This document shows, piece by piece, positions 27,547 to 37,356 of a stretch of DNA of 64,000 nt. A program made the position numbers and the translations under genes. A model generated the notes under the pieces. That model did not search any database and had not been told where the DNA came from. It saw nothing but the letters and a program-made list of their open reading frames with translations. Position 1 is the stretch's first letter; each line of letters begins with the position of its first letter. Source of the stretch: an uncultured Gemmatimonadaceae bacterium (GTDB lineage Bacteria; Gemmatimonadota; Gemmatimonadetes; Gemmatimonadales; GWC2-71-9); assembly GCA_964465315.1 (NCBI GenBank), contig CAYXIK010000010.1, positions 10,219-74,218 on the forward strand, read 5' to 3'.

Positions 27547-28626
27547 GTGCCCGCCCGGTCTCACCCCGAACCCCATCCGCTGCGCCGAGCGCTCGCCGCT
27601 CTGGCCGACCGTCGGTCCCTGACCGAGTCCGAGGCGAGCGAAGCCTTCGGCGTCATCATGCGGGGCGAAGCGACGCCTTCGGAGATCGGGGCGCTGCTGA
27701 TGGGGATGCGAGTGAAGGGGGAGACTGCCGACGAGGTCGCGGGCGCGGCACGAGCGCTCCGCGAGGCTATGATCCCCGTCGAAGTCGAGGGCGCGTCACT
27801 CGTGGATACGTGCGGCACGGGCGGCGGCGCCATTTCCACGTTCAACATCTCGACAGCGGCAGCCTTCGTCGCGGCCGGCGCGGGCGCCGTGGTCGCCAAG
27901 CACGGCAACCGCTCCTTCACCTCGAAGTGCGGCTCGGCGGACGTGCTAGAGGCGCTCGGCGTGGCCATCAGTATGGACGCGGTCGAGGCCGCTCGAGTGC
28001 TGCGGGAAGCCTGCGTCACATTCCTGTTCGCGCCCAACTTCCATCCGGCGATGAAGCACGCCGCTCCGGTGCGGCGGGAACTCGCGATCACCTCCGTGAT
28101 GAATCTCCTCGGCCCGCTCGCGAATCCGGCGAGAGTGCGGCGCCAGGTGGTGGGCGTCGCTGATCGGGACCGCGCGCCGCTCGTGGCCGCGGCGCTCGCG
28201 CGGCTCGGAGCCGAGCATGCACTCGTCGTGCACGGCCGCGTCGGTATGGACGAGATCTCCCCCTACGGTATCACGGACGTTTGGGAAGTGAGGGCAGGAG
28301 GCGTGTCGACTTGGGAGCTGGACGCGGCGCGCTACGGGCTCGCGACCGGCGATGTCGCGGCGCTCGCGGGCGCCGAGCCGTCCGCTAACGCAGCTCGCAT
28401 CGAGCGGCTGCTCGCCGATGGGCGTGAGGACGCGGTCGGCTACGCCGCCCTCGTGCTCAACGCGGGCGCGGCGATCTACGTCGCCGGGCTATCTGCAACC
28501 TACGCGGATGGTGTCGCCAGGGCGCAGGGGACGGTGCGGAGCGGTGGCGGTCGCGAGGCGCTCGAGCGCCTGCGCCGCGCGACTAGTACTTCCGGATCAC
28601 GCCCACGACCACGCCCTGGACCATGA
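27547..28626 (+). CDS. trpD: Anthranilate phosphoribosyltransferase
   Basis: ORF 27481..28626. The start is uncertain (TTG 27481 or GTG 27547). Motifs include GALLMGMRVKGET and CGTGGGAISTFNISTAAAFVAAGAG. The 3' end overlaps convergent lexA by 44 nt. Confidence 0.88.
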   Translation: MPARSHPEPHPLRRALAALADRRSLTESEASEAFGVIMRGEATPSEIGALLMGMRVKGETADEVAGAARALREAMIPVEVEGASLVDTCGTGGGAISTFNISTAAAFVAAGAGAVVAKHGNRSFTSKCGSADVLEALGVAISMDAVEAARVLREACVTFLFAPNFHPAMKHAAPVRRELAITSVMNLLGPLANPARVRRQVVGVADRDRAPLVAAALARLGAEHALVVHGRVGMDEISPYGITDVWEVRAGGVSTWELDAARYGLATGDVAALAGAEPSANAARIERLLADGREDAVGYAALVLNAGAAIYVAGLSATYADGVARAQGTVRSGGGREALERLRRATSTSGSRPRPRPGP

Positions 28627-29191
28627 CATCCCGCTCGTTCAGGCGGAGCGGTGTCATAGTGGGGTTCGCAGGCTCGAGCCGGATCCAGCCCCCCGGCTCT
28701 CGATAGAAGCGCTTGACCGTGGCACTCGAGCCCTGCACCAACGCGACCACCGTCTGGCCGTTGTCGGCCTGGTTGCGCTCCTGCACCACGATCAGGTCGC
28801 CGTCCTTGATGTGCTCGTCGATCATCGACTGACCGCGCACGCGCAGGACGTAGCTGCGACCGCGGCGGGGAATGAGGTCGTCCGGCACAGAGACGGTATC
28901 GCTGCCGCTCGCAGCTTCAATCGGCTCGCCGGCGGCGACAAGTCCGTAGAGGGGCAGCTCCGTGGCCCCGCTCTGGCCCCGTGGGGGCACGACCTCGATG
29001 CCGCGACTCTCGTTGTGAGCACGGCGGATGTAGCCTTTGCGCTCGAGGTTCGTGAGGTGCTCGTGGACCGTGGCGAGGGACCGGAACGTAAACCGCTTTG
29101 CGATCTCCTCGAAGCTCGGGGCGTACCCCTGGTCGGAGATTTGGGCGGAGATGAAATCGAGAATTTCGCGTTGGCGCCTGGTGAGCGGCAC
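28583..29191 (-). CDS. lexA: LexA repressor
   Basis: Track ORF 28583..30103, trimmed to GTG 29191 (VPLTRRQREILDFI). It has a winged-helix N-domain, the Ala-Gly cleavage site VAAGEP, the catalytic Ser in RVRGQSM, and a Lys in TVKRF. Confidence 0.92.
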   Translation of the reverse strand: MPLTRRQREILDFISAQISDQGYAPSFEEIAKRFTFRSLATVHEHLTNLERKGYIRRAHNESRGIEVVPPRGQSGATELPLYGLVAAGEPIEAASGSDTVSVPDDLIPRRGRSYVLRVRGQSMIDEHIKDGDLIVVQERNQADNGQTVVALVQGSSATVKRFYREPGGWIRLEPANPTMTPLRLNERDVMVQGVVVGVIRKY

Positions 29192-29238
29192 GTGTGCTCC
29201 CGAACGGAAACCGAAGCTTAATCTACCCGAAAATCGAC

Positions 29239-29251
29239 CGAACGCAAGTTC
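29239..29251. promoter_or_regulatory. Candidate LexA operator (CGAAC-N4-GTTC, Cheo-box-like palindrome)
   Basis: cgaacgcaagttc lies in the 60-nt lexA/trpC divergent spacer. It is 48-60 nt upstream of the lexA GTG and abuts the trpC ATG at 29252. Confidence 0.45.
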
Positions 29252-30052
29252 ATGTCCGCCGACCGGCTCGATGCCATTCTCGAAGCGACCCGCGAGCGGG
29301 TTGCCGCCCTGCGCCCGCGCATGCGCGAGCTGGAGCGCCGTGCGGCGGAGGCTCCCGATCCCCGCCCGTTCGACCGCATCCTGGCGGGTCGTGAGGTCGG
29401 TGTGATCGCTGAAGTGAAACGCCGCTCGCCTTCGAGCGGAGCCATTCGCGAAGACCTCGATCCGGTCGCGCATGCACGCGCGTATGCCCAGGGCGGGGCG
29501 GTGGCCATCTCGGTGCTGACGGACGAGCGCCATTTCGGCGGGTCGCTCCACGACCTGGCCCGCGTCGCCTCGGCCGTGCCGGTGCCGGTGCTGCGGAAAG
29601 ACTTCATCCTCGATGAGCTCCAGCTCTACGAGGCGCGCGCCGCCGGCGCGAGCGCGATTTTGTTGATCACCCGCGCCCTCACGCCGACCCGCCTGCGGGC
29701 GCTGGCGGCGGCGGCACGCGCTCAGGGGTTGGGCGTCCTCGTCGAAGTCCACACCGAGGCCGAGCTCGTCGTGGCAGTCGAGGCCGGGCCCACGGCGGTA
29801 GGCGTGAACAGTCGCGACCTCGCAACGTTTACAGTGGACCTGGCGCGGGCGGAGCGTCTGGTGGCAGAGGTGCCGCCGGAGCTGCCGGCCGTCGCCGAGA
29901 GCGGCATCGCCGCCCGAGCAGACGTCGAGCGGATGGCGGTGGCGGGCGCGGATCTGGTGCTGGTCGGAACCTCGGTCGCGCGTACAGCCGACCCGGCGGC
30001 GGCGGTGCGCGCCTTGACGGGGGTCACGCGGCGCGGGAGGCGCGGGCGGTGA
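29252..30052 (+). CDS. trpC: Indole-3-glycerol phosphate synthase
   Basis: 266 aa. [13 protein letters not shown]...[13 protein letters not shown]...LRKDFI... Confidence 0.92.
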   Translation: MSADRLDAILEATRERVAALRPRMRELERRAAEAPDPRPFDRILAGREVGVIAEVKRRSPSSGAIREDLDPVAHARAYAQGGAVAISVLTDERHFGGSLHDLARVASAVPVPVLRKDFILDELQLYEARAAGASAILLITRALTPTRLRALAAAARAQGLGVLVEVHTEAELVVAVEAGPTAVGVNSRDLATFTVDLARAERLVAEVPPELPAVAESGIAARADVERMAVAGADLVLVGTSVARTADPAAAVRALTGVTRRGRRGR

Positions 30053-30077
30053 GCGCAACCGATGGGGAGGGGAGGGA

Positions 30078-31307
30078 ATGAAAGCGACGAAGGGGAGGGC
30101 CAAACCGGCGAAGGCCGCGGAGCGCGCGGTCGGCGGACGCTTTGGACCGTACGGCGGGCGCTACGTGCCCGAGACCCTTATGGCGGCCCTGGAAGAGCTC
30201 GACCGCGTATACGAGGCCGCGAGGCGCGATCGCGGATTCTGGGCGGAGCTCGATGGCCTGCTCCGGGATTATGTGGGCAGGCCAACGCCGCTTTCGGAGG
30301 CGCCGCGTCTCGCCGCCCAGCTCGGCCCGGACGTGATCGTCGCTCTGAAGCGTGAGGATCTGAACCACACAGGCGCGCACAAGATCAACAACACGCTGGG
30401 GCAGCTCCTGCTGGCGCGTCGGATGGGCAAGTCACGCATCATTGCGGAGACGGGAGCGGGGCAGCACGGCGTGGCTACGGCGACCGTGTGCGCCCGGTTC
30501 GGACTCGAGTGCGTCGTGTACATGGGTGAGGAAGACATGCGGCGCCAGCGTCTGAACGTCTATCGGATGGAGCTGATGGGCGCTCGCGTCGTTCCGGTGA
30601 CGTCGGGCACGCGGACCCTGAAGGACGCGACGAACGAGGCGCTGCGCGATTGGGTCACCAACGTGACCAACACGCACTACATCATCGGCTCAGTGGTCGG
30701 ACCCGACCCGTTCCCGCGCATCGTGCGGGACTTCCAGGCGGTGATCGGGCGCGAAGCGCGGGTGCAGGCGGTCGAGCGGTGGGGCCGGCTACCGGGAACC
30801 GTGGTGGCGTGCGTGGGTGGCGGCTCGAACGCCATGGGGATCTTCTCGGCATTTCTCGAAGACCCGGCTGTCGCGTTGGTCGGCGTGGAAGCCGCCGGTG
30901 AGGGGCTCGAAAGCGGTCGCCATGCCGCGTCGCTCACTCGGGGCCGCCCAGGGGTGTTTCACGGCAGCTTGAGCTATCTGCTCCAGGACGCCGACGGGCA
31001 GGTCCAACCAGCGCACAGCGTCTCGGCAGGCCTCGATTATCCGGGCGTGGGCCCAGAGCACGCTTTTCTCAAGGACAGCGGTCGCGTATTGTATGAGGCA
31101 GTGACCGACCGGCAGGCCTTGGACGCGTTCGCGGCCCTGTCCCGGCTCGAGGGGATCCTGCCGGCGTTGGAGAGCGCGCACGCCGTCGCCTGGGTGTTGG
31201 CCCACCGGGGACGGTGGCAGGCCGCCGACATCGTCATGGTGAATCTGAGCGGCCGCGGCGACAAGGACGTCGCCATGGTCGCCGAACTGACGGGAGCCAC
31301 CCTCTGA
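30078..31307 (+). CDS. trpB: Tryptophan synthase beta chain
   Basis: 409 aa. [14 protein letters not shown] and [11 protein letters not shown] (PLP lysine). Confidence 0.95.
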   Translation: MKATKGRAKPAKAAERAVGGRFGPYGGRYVPETLMAALEELDRVYEAARRDRGFWAELDGLLRDYVGRPTPLSEAPRLAAQLGPDVIVALKREDLNHTGAHKINNTLGQLLLARRMGKSRIIAETGAGQHGVATATVCARFGLECVVYMGEEDMRRQRLNVYRMELMGARVVPVTSGTRTLKDATNEALRDWVTNVTNTHYIIGSVVGPDPFPRIVRDFQAVIGREARVQAVERWGRLPGTVVACVGGGSNAMGIFSAFLEDPAVALVGVEAAGEGLESGRHAASLTRGRPGVFHGSLSYLLQDADGQVQPAHSVSAGLDYPGVGPEHAFLKDSGRVLYEAVTDRQALDAFAALSRLEGILPALESAHAVAWVLAHRGRWQAADIVMVNLSGRGDKDVAMVAELTGATL

Positions 31308-31360
31308 CCAACGCGCCCATTCCCGAGCTGGCGCTGCCGCCGCAACAGGTCCAGGACCTG

Positions 31361-32986
31361 ATGCAGGTCCTCTCCAAGGGGATCCGGGCCACCCAGTTGT
31401 ACCTCCCGAACAATCCCGTTTACCAGCGCGCCGTCGACAACATCCGCGCCGCGTTCCGTCAAATCTGGCAAGCGACCGACGATCTGGTGCTCGACGTGGG
31501 CGAGACAGAGCTGCGCTGGGAGGACAACGTCGTGTACAGCCAGGACCAGCGGAACGAGAGCATCGCCTGGACGCTGTACAAGGACGGCGTGCGCTCGCTC
31601 GCCTTCAAGCCCGGCGTCGAGGAGACGGAGATCGTGCGCTTCCTGGGCGTCCTGCAACAGGCGCGCAATCTCCAGGCGGACGCCCCGGACGATCTGCTGA
31701 CGCTGCTCTGGGCAGAGGACTTCCAGCTCATCGCGTACACGTTCCGCGAGCTCGCGACCGAGAACGCGGTTCCGATCGAAGCGGGGGAAACCATCACCTC
31801 CGCGCCCCCCACTGAGCTGCGACACCAGGTAGAGGAAGAGGCGCCGCCCAAGCGCGAGGGCATGGTGTCGATCGATGACTTCGACACGACGCTGTACTTC
31901 CTGGAAGACAATGAAATCGACTACCTCAAGAAGGACGTCGAGCGCGAATACTCGCAGGACTTGCGGCGCAATGTGTTGTCGATGCTGTTCGACCTGCTCG
32001 AGCTCCAGACCTACGGCACGGTGCGAGCCGAGCTCATCTCCATTGTCGAGAATTTCATCCCCTACTTGCTCGGCGCAGGAGACTTCCGTTCGGTCGCGTT
32101 CATCCTGCGCGAAACCCGCGCCGTCCTGCAACGGGCCCGCGAGCTAATTCCCGAGCACCGTCAGACGCTCGAAGTTCTTCCGTCCCGGCTCTCGCAAAGC
32201 GACGCCCTGTCGCAGCTGCTCCAGGCGCTCGATGAGGCGACCGTCCACCCCACGGAGGAGGAGCTGGCCGAACTGTTCCAGGAGCTTCGCCCCGAAGCGC
32301 TCTCGACGCTGATGGTGTGGATCGGTAAGCTGCACGAGCCATACGTTCGGGATCTGGTGCAGGCGTCTGCCGCCCGGCTGGCACAGGCGAACTCGGCCGA
32401 GGTGCTCAAGGCGCTCGCCAGTCAGGACGGCGCCGCGCAGCTCGAGATGGTCAAGCTCGCGGGACGCCTGCGGCTGCCCGGTGCACCCGAGGGGATGGAG
32501 CCCCTCCTCGGATCCGAGGACCGGGGCCTGAAGCTCGCTGTGGTCGAAGCGCTGACGGCGATCGCGAGCCCGTCCGCCATGCGGCTGCTCGAGAAGGCCG
32601 TGGATGACTCCGACCGCGACGTGCGAATCGCGGCGGTGCGGTTCCTCGCGTCCCGTGGGTACCGCAATGCGGCGACGCGGGTCGAGTCCACGGTCTCGGG
32701 CTCGAAACTCAAGAACGCAGACTTGACGGAGAAGATGGTGTTCTTCGAGGCGTTCGGCACGCTTGTGGGGGCGAAGGGCATCCCCGCGCTCGAGAAGATG
32801 CTGTCCGCAAAGAGCCTGCTCGGAAAGAAGGAGGATCCGGAGACCCGAGCGTGTGCCGCGATGGCCCTCGGTAAGATTCGCACGCCCGAGGCGCGTGCCG
32901 TGCTCGAGCGCGCATCGCAGGACAAGGAGCCGCTGGTGAAGAACGCCGTAAGCCGAGCGCTGCGAGAGGGAGGTGGGGGCGCGTGA
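31361..32986 (+). CDS. HEAT-repeat protein with N-terminal module shared with the downstream HD-GYP protein
   Basis: ORF 31214..32986. ATG 31361 is the first canonical start after the trpB stop, and an in-frame CTG at 31304 is also possible (see findings). C-terminal HEAT/PBS-lyase repeats are present (AVVEALTAIASPSAMRLLEKAVDDSDRDVRIAAVRFLAS...ETRACAAMALGKIRTPEARAVLE). Confidence 0.7.
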   Translation: MQVLSKGIRATQLYLPNNPVYQRAVDNIRAAFRQIWQATDDLVLDVGETELRWEDNVVYSQDQRNESIAWTLYKDGVRSLAFKPGVEETEIVRFLGVLQQARNLQADAPDDLLTLLWAEDFQLIAYTFRELATENAVPIEAGETITSAPPTELRHQVEEEAPPKREGMVSIDDFDTTLYFLEDNEIDYLKKDVEREYSQDLRRNVLSMLFDLLELQTYGTVRAELISIVENFIPYLLGAGDFRSVAFILRETRAVLQRARELIPEHRQTLEVLPSRLSQSDALSQLLQALDEATVHPTEEELAELFQELRPEALSTLMVWIGKLHEPYVRDLVQASAARLAQANSAEVLKALASQDGAAQLEMVKLAGRLRLPGAPEGMEPLLGSEDRGLKLAVVEALTAIASPSAMRLLEKAVDDSDRDVRIAAVRFLASRGYRNAATRVESTVSGSKLKNADLTEKMVFFEAFGTLVGAKGIPALEKMLSAKSLLGKKEDPETRACAAMALGKIRTPEARAVLERASQDKEPLVKNAVSRALREGGGGA

Positions 32987-34458
32987 CCGGTAATCGCCCC
33001 AATCCGCGCCCGTCGATCGCCGATACCGTCCAGACCACGGACGGCTTCCTGCGCCACGCGGGGCGGGATTTCCTGGTCGTGCTGTACACGGCGTTCCGGT
33101 CCCTCAAGCTCTACCCGCTGGAGAACGCCCAGGTGCAGAAGGCGCTCGACGACCTCACGCAGACCACGCAACACTTGCTCGATGTCGAGAAAGAGCTGGA
33201 AGTGCGGCTCCAGGGCGAGTTCATCTTCGTCAACGCCACCAGGCTACGGCTCGACCTCGACAATTACGCCTCCTTCTCCCACATCCTCGGCGTGCTCCGC
33301 CAGTGCGGCATCGGCGCGGTCCGGATCGACGAAGGGGTGGAGCGCAAGCAGCTCCAGGTCTTTGTGTCGCTGCTCCTTTCGTACGCCGCCCGGGAAGCGA
33401 CTCCCAACAAGGTGTTCGAGATCGGCCAGAAGCTCTCGGACGGCGGGGTGACCCACATCGGCGTCGAGCCGCCGCTCGAGACCGATGAGGACGCCGAGGA
33501 CGAGGAGCGGCAGAAGGAAGCTGCCAAGCGCACCTACGCGCGATCGGTGGCGGTTACCAAAGAGGTCATCAATTCGATCCGGATGGGACGCACGGCCAAC
33601 GTCAAGAAGGTTAAGCGCGCCGTGCAGGCGATCGTCGACCAGGTATTGAACAACGAGGCCTCGCTGATGGGCCTCACCACGCTCCGTGACTACGACGAAT
33701 ACACGTTCACCCACTCGGTGAACGTGTGCATCTTCTCGGTGGCCCTGGGCCGTAAGCTCGGCCTCACCAAGCTGCAGCTGTACGACCTCGGGATGGCGGC
33801 GCTGTTTCACGACGTCGGCAAGTCGCGCGTCCCGCTCGAAGTGCTGAACAAGCAAGGCGGCCTGACCGACGAAGAGTGGCGGATCATGCAGGCGCACCCG
33901 TGGCTTGGCGTCCTGACGCTGTTCGGCCTGCGCGGCTACGGCGAGATCCCGTACCGCGGCATGATCGTCGCCTACGAGCACCACATGAAGACCGACCTGA
34001 CGGGCTACCCAAAGTCGATTCGCGGACGCGAGCTCTCCATTTACTCGAAGGTCGTCGCCGTGGCCGACGGGTTCGACGCCGCCACCAGCCGGCGCGTCTA
34101 TCAGACCGTGCCGATCCAGCCGGACCAGGTGCTAAAAGAAATGTGGGAGAATCCGCGCCGCGGCTACGACCAGATCGTCGTGAAGGCCTTCATCAACCTC
34201 ATCGGCATCTATCCAGTGGGGACGTGCATCATCCTCGACACATACGAGGTGGCCCTGGTCCATAGCGCCAACCCGGACGTCTCACACGTCCATCGCCCCG
34301 TGGTCCGCATCGTCACGACGCCCGACGGCGGCGTACAGCACCCCGGCTTCTTGGCAGACCTCGCGCAGAAGGATGCTGAGGGGCATTTCCCGCGGTCCAT
34401 CGTCAAGGTCACCGACCCGGCCAAGTACGGTATCAACGTCAGCGACTACTTTGTCTGA
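32983..34458 (+). CDS. HD-GYP domain protein (putative c-di-GMP phosphodiesterase)
   Basis: GTG start with a GTGA overlap. HSVNVCIFSVALG...ALFHDVGK...HHMKTDLTGYPK matches the HD-GYP signature. Confidence 0.85.
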   Translation: MTGNRPNPRPSIADTVQTTDGFLRHAGRDFLVVLYTAFRSLKLYPLENAQVQKALDDLTQTTQHLLDVEKELEVRLQGEFIFVNATRLRLDLDNYASFSHILGVLRQCGIGAVRIDEGVERKQLQVFVSLLLSYAAREATPNKVFEIGQKLSDGGVTHIGVEPPLETDEDAEDEERQKEAAKRTYARSVAVTKEVINSIRMGRTANVKKVKRAVQAIVDQVLNNEASLMGLTTLRDYDEYTFTHSVNVCIFSVALGRKLGLTKLQLYDLGMAALFHDVGKSRVPLEVLNKQGGLTDEEWRIMQAHPWLGVLTLFGLRGYGEIPYRGMIVAYEHHMKTDLTGYPKSIRGRELSIYSKVVAVADGFDAATSRRVYQTVPIQPDQVLKEMWENPRRGYDQIVVKAFINLIGIYPVGTCIILDTYEVALVHSANPDVSHVHRPVVRIVTTPDGGVQHPGFLADLAQKDAEGHFPRSIVKVTDPAKYGINVSDYFV

Positions 34459-35260
34459 GCACCCGATCGCTGCACGCTGGCGGACCCTGCGGGAGGTCGG
34501 GGGTGGCGGCACGCGGCGGGCGGCCCTCATTCCATATCTCACTGCCGGCTTTCCCACGCCGGATCTTTCGCTCGAGGCCTTGCATCAGGTGGCGGCCGCC
34601 GGCGCTGATTTCATCGAAGTCGGCGTGCCGTTCTCGGACCCCCTCGCCGACGGTCCGACCATTCAGCGCTCGACGCAAGCGGCGCTGGACCACGGCATGA
34701 CTGTCGCACGGGTGCTGGAGCAGATTCATCGCGCCGGTCTCTCGATCCCGGTGATCGTCATGACGTATCTCAACCCGGTCCTGGCCTTCGGGCTCGAGCG
34801 TTTTCTGCGCGAGGCGGCGGCCGCCGGGGTTGCCGGGTTGCTCCTCACCGACTTCCCGGTCGGTGCGGATCCCGCCCTCGAGGAGACGGTCGGCGGGAGC
34901 CCCCTCGCCCTGATCCGGCTCATCGCGCCGACGACGACCGCCGAGCGCCTGGCCCGCGCGGTTCGGGGCGCAAGCGGGTTCCTGTACCTCATCTCCCGGC
35001 TCGGTGTCACTGGGGTTCGCGACCGCGTGCCCGCCGACCTGGGCGACCACGTCAAGCGCGTGCGGGCAGCGAGCTCGCTGCCGCTCGCGGTGGGATTCGG
35101 GATCAGCACGCCGGCGCAGGCCAGCGCAGCGGCGGCGCTGGCGGACGGCGTGGTGGTCGGGAGCGCCGTGGTGGACGCACTGGGCGCCGGAGGGCCAGAT
35201 GCCGCAGGGCGCCTCGTTCGAGCGCTGTCAGCCGCGGTGCGAGCAGGGCAAGCCGCGTGA
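34451..35260 (+). CDS. trpA: Tryptophan synthase alpha chain
   Basis: Track ORF 34373..35260. TTG 34451 ([10 protein letters not shown]) gives 269 aa and an 8-nt overlap with the HD-GYP stop. [11 protein letters not shown]...[21 protein letters not shown] is typical TrpA. Confidence 0.9.
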   Translation: MSEHPIAARWRTLREVGGGGTRRAALIPYLTAGFPTPDLSLEALHQVAAAGADFIEVGVPFSDPLADGPTIQRSTQAALDHGMTVARVLEQIHRAGLSIPVIVMTYLNPVLAFGLERFLREAAAAGVAGLLLTDFPVGADPALEETVGGSPLALIRLIAPTTTAERLARAVRGASGFLYLISRLGVTGVRDRVPADLGDHVKRVRAASSLPLAVGFGISTPAQASAAAALADGVVVGSAVVDALGAGGPDAAGRLVRALSAAVRAGQAA

Positions 35261-37338
35261 CCGCGAACCGTCTTGTCACGATTTACAGCCAGGCCCTCGC
35301 GATCGGGGGCCCGGTGGTGCTGCTCGCCGCGCTCATCGCCGATCCGCGGTGGACCGGCCAGCTGTTCGACATAGCCGGGATGCTGGTGGCTGCCATGCTC
35401 CTGCGCGGCGCGCAAGTGCCGCTGAGCAAGTACTCGTACCTGACCCAGACCGGCCTGGTGGCCCTTGCCGGGAGTCTCCTGGTCGGTGTCCCCGCGACCG
35501 CGGTGGCGGTGGCGGGCGGGACGCTCGCCGCCGATTGGCTCTGGCAAAAAAAGATGTTTCGCGCGGCGCTGGTGAACCTCGGGCGCGAGGTGATCGCGCT
35601 GGTGGGCGCCTACGGCGTCTACGCGGGTGCGCTGCGGCTCTCGGACGTGGTCGCCCCCGGTCTGCGGGTGGAACTCGTGCCCGCACTGTTCTTCTATTGT
35701 CTCGCGTACTTCGTCATCGGCCGCTTGCTCTTCTACTTCGCCCTGATCATCCGCGGAAAGCTCGAGCAGGACGAGCGCCTCCTGATCCTGCGGTACGAGT
35801 GCATCGGCTATGGCGCCACCATCATCGCCGCCGGCCTCGTGGTCGGGACCGTGACCTACTGGCCGCCGCTCGCGTGGCTGTTCGTGGCGGCCGTGCTCGG
35901 CGCGCTCGGGGTGTTTTTCAAGTCCATGCTGGAGGAGGCCATCGCCGCCGAAGAACTGAACAAGATCCACGCCATGGAAGCGGTCATCACGAGCAACATC
36001 AGTCTCGAGGATTCGTTCGCGCGGATCGAGCGCCTCGCCCACCGGCTCGTGGATTGGGGGGACTTCCGCATCTACCGCCGCCAGGAGGGCGTGCTGCAAC
36101 TCGCCTATCGCGGCCAAATCGGACGCGTCGACCGGGGCGCCCCGAGCTCCGACACGGGGGCCCTGCGCGAGACCGTCGCCCGGAGCGGGGAGTCGGTCGT
36201 GATCGACGACGTCACGCGCGATAAGCGCATCGCCGACGCCCCGCTGGTGGTCCAGAGTCTCGTGATGGTGCCGCTCAAGTTTGGGGACCAAGTCATCGGG
36301 ACCCTAGAGCTCGAGCACCACAAGCGAAAGGTGTATCGCGGGAAGGACGTCGTCACCATCAATACGTTCGCCAACCAGCTTGCCACCGCGATCCACATCA
36401 CCGAGCTGCGACGGCCGCTGGTGGAGACGGTCGAAACGCTCACGCAACAGCTCGGCACGCTCGTCCGTGCGGCGGAGTCCTTGCGTGAGGCCGCAGGGGC
36501 GGTCGCCCACTCGACCGGCACGATCCGGCAGGGCGTGCTCGCGGAGGAGGGGGAAGTGTCGGGAGGGCTCGAGGCCACCGAGAGCCTCGCCCAGGTGTCG
36601 CGCCGCGTCTCCGAGGACGGAACGGAGGCGGCGCAGGCGTCGAGCACGGCCAGCGAGGTGGCGAGCCAGAACCGGCAACAGATTCAAGACGCCATCGGGC
36701 GGCTCGTGGCGCTGAAGACGTTCGTGGGGGAAGCGTCCACCAAGGTCCAGCAGCTCGGGCAGGTCAGCCGGCGCATCACCGGATTCATCGCGTCGATCCG
36801 CGAGCTCGCAGACATGACGAACCTGCTGGCGCTAAATGCGGCGATCGAAGCAGCCCGCGCGGGCAAGCACGGCAAGGGGTTCGCGGTCGTCGCGGAGGAG
36901 GTGCGGCGCCTCGCGGAGCAGAGCGCGAGCGCCGCGCTCGAGGCCGGTGAGCTCGTGCAGGACATTCACCGCCAGGTGGGTGAGGTGGTCGAGCAGATGC
37001 GGCGCGGCCAAGTGAACGTCGGCGGTGTGGAGGAGCTGTCGTCAGCGGCCCTGCAGGCGCTGGACGCGATCGTGGCGGCGACCGCCGAGGCCACATCCCA
37101 CGCGCAACGCATCGCGGCAGCCGCCGGCGAGCAGGACAAGGCGTTCGGCCGGCTGCGCGAGCGGATCCACGCCGTCGCCCAGATCGCAGGAAAGAATCGA
37201 GCCGAAGCGGACGACGTCGCGACGCGCGCGGACGAGGCGGCCCGGGGCCTCACGGAGTTGGAGCGCGCCACGCGCGAGCTCGAGGACGTCGCCGCCATGC
37301 TGCGGCAATTGACTCGAGGCTTTGCCAGCGTCGCCTAG
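35257..37338 (+). CDS. Multi-TM GAF-domain protein with methyl-accepting chemotaxis (MCP) signalling domain
   Basis: 693 aa, GTGA overlap with the trpA stop. There are ~7 N-terminal TM helices and a GAF region (...[19 protein letters not shown]). The MCP hairpin tip is [43 protein letters not shown]. Confidence 0.85.
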   Translation: MTANRLVTIYSQALAIGGPVVLLAALIADPRWTGQLFDIAGMLVAAMLLRGAQVPLSKYSYLTQTGLVALAGSLLVGVPATAVAVAGGTLAADWLWQKKMFRAALVNLGREVIALVGAYGVYAGALRLSDVVAPGLRVELVPALFFYCLAYFVIGRLLFYFALIIRGKLEQDERLLILRYECIGYGATIIAAGLVVGTVTYWPPLAWLFVAAVLGALGVFFKSMLEEAIAAEELNKIHAMEAVITSNISLEDSFARIERLAHRLVDWGDFRIYRRQEGVLQLAYRGQIGRVDRGAPSSDTGALRETVARSGESVVIDDVTRDKRIADAPLVVQSLVMVPLKFGDQVIGTLELEHHKRKVYRGKDVVTINTFANQLATAIHITELRRPLVETVETLTQQLGTLVRAAESLREAAGAVAHSTGTIRQGVLAEEGEVSGGLEATESLAQVSRRVSEDGTEAAQASSTASEVASQNRQQIQDAIGRLVALKTFVGEASTKVQQLGQVSRRITGFIASIRELADMTNLLALNAAIEAARAGKHGKGFAVVAEEVRRLAEQSASAALEAGELVQDIHRQVGEVVEQMRRGQVNVGGVEELSSAALQALDAIVAATAEATSHAQRIAAAAGEQDKAFGRLRERIHAVAQIAGKNRAEADDVATRADEAARGLTELERATRELEDVAAMLRQLTRGFASVA

Positions 37339-37356
37339 CCCGCTTACCATTCTCCC

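Noticed and set aside
24544-30103. Over-long 5' extensions of track ORFs (purB to 26889, lexA to 30103; likewise S8 from 56845, AtuA-like from 59505, crotonase from 61246, meaB from 51256)
   Set aside because: The extensions run through neighbouring genes in other frames and translate to Arg/Pro-rich sequence. Family-typical N-termini coincide with internal ATG, GTG or TTG codons that form 4-nt overlaps with the upstream stop.
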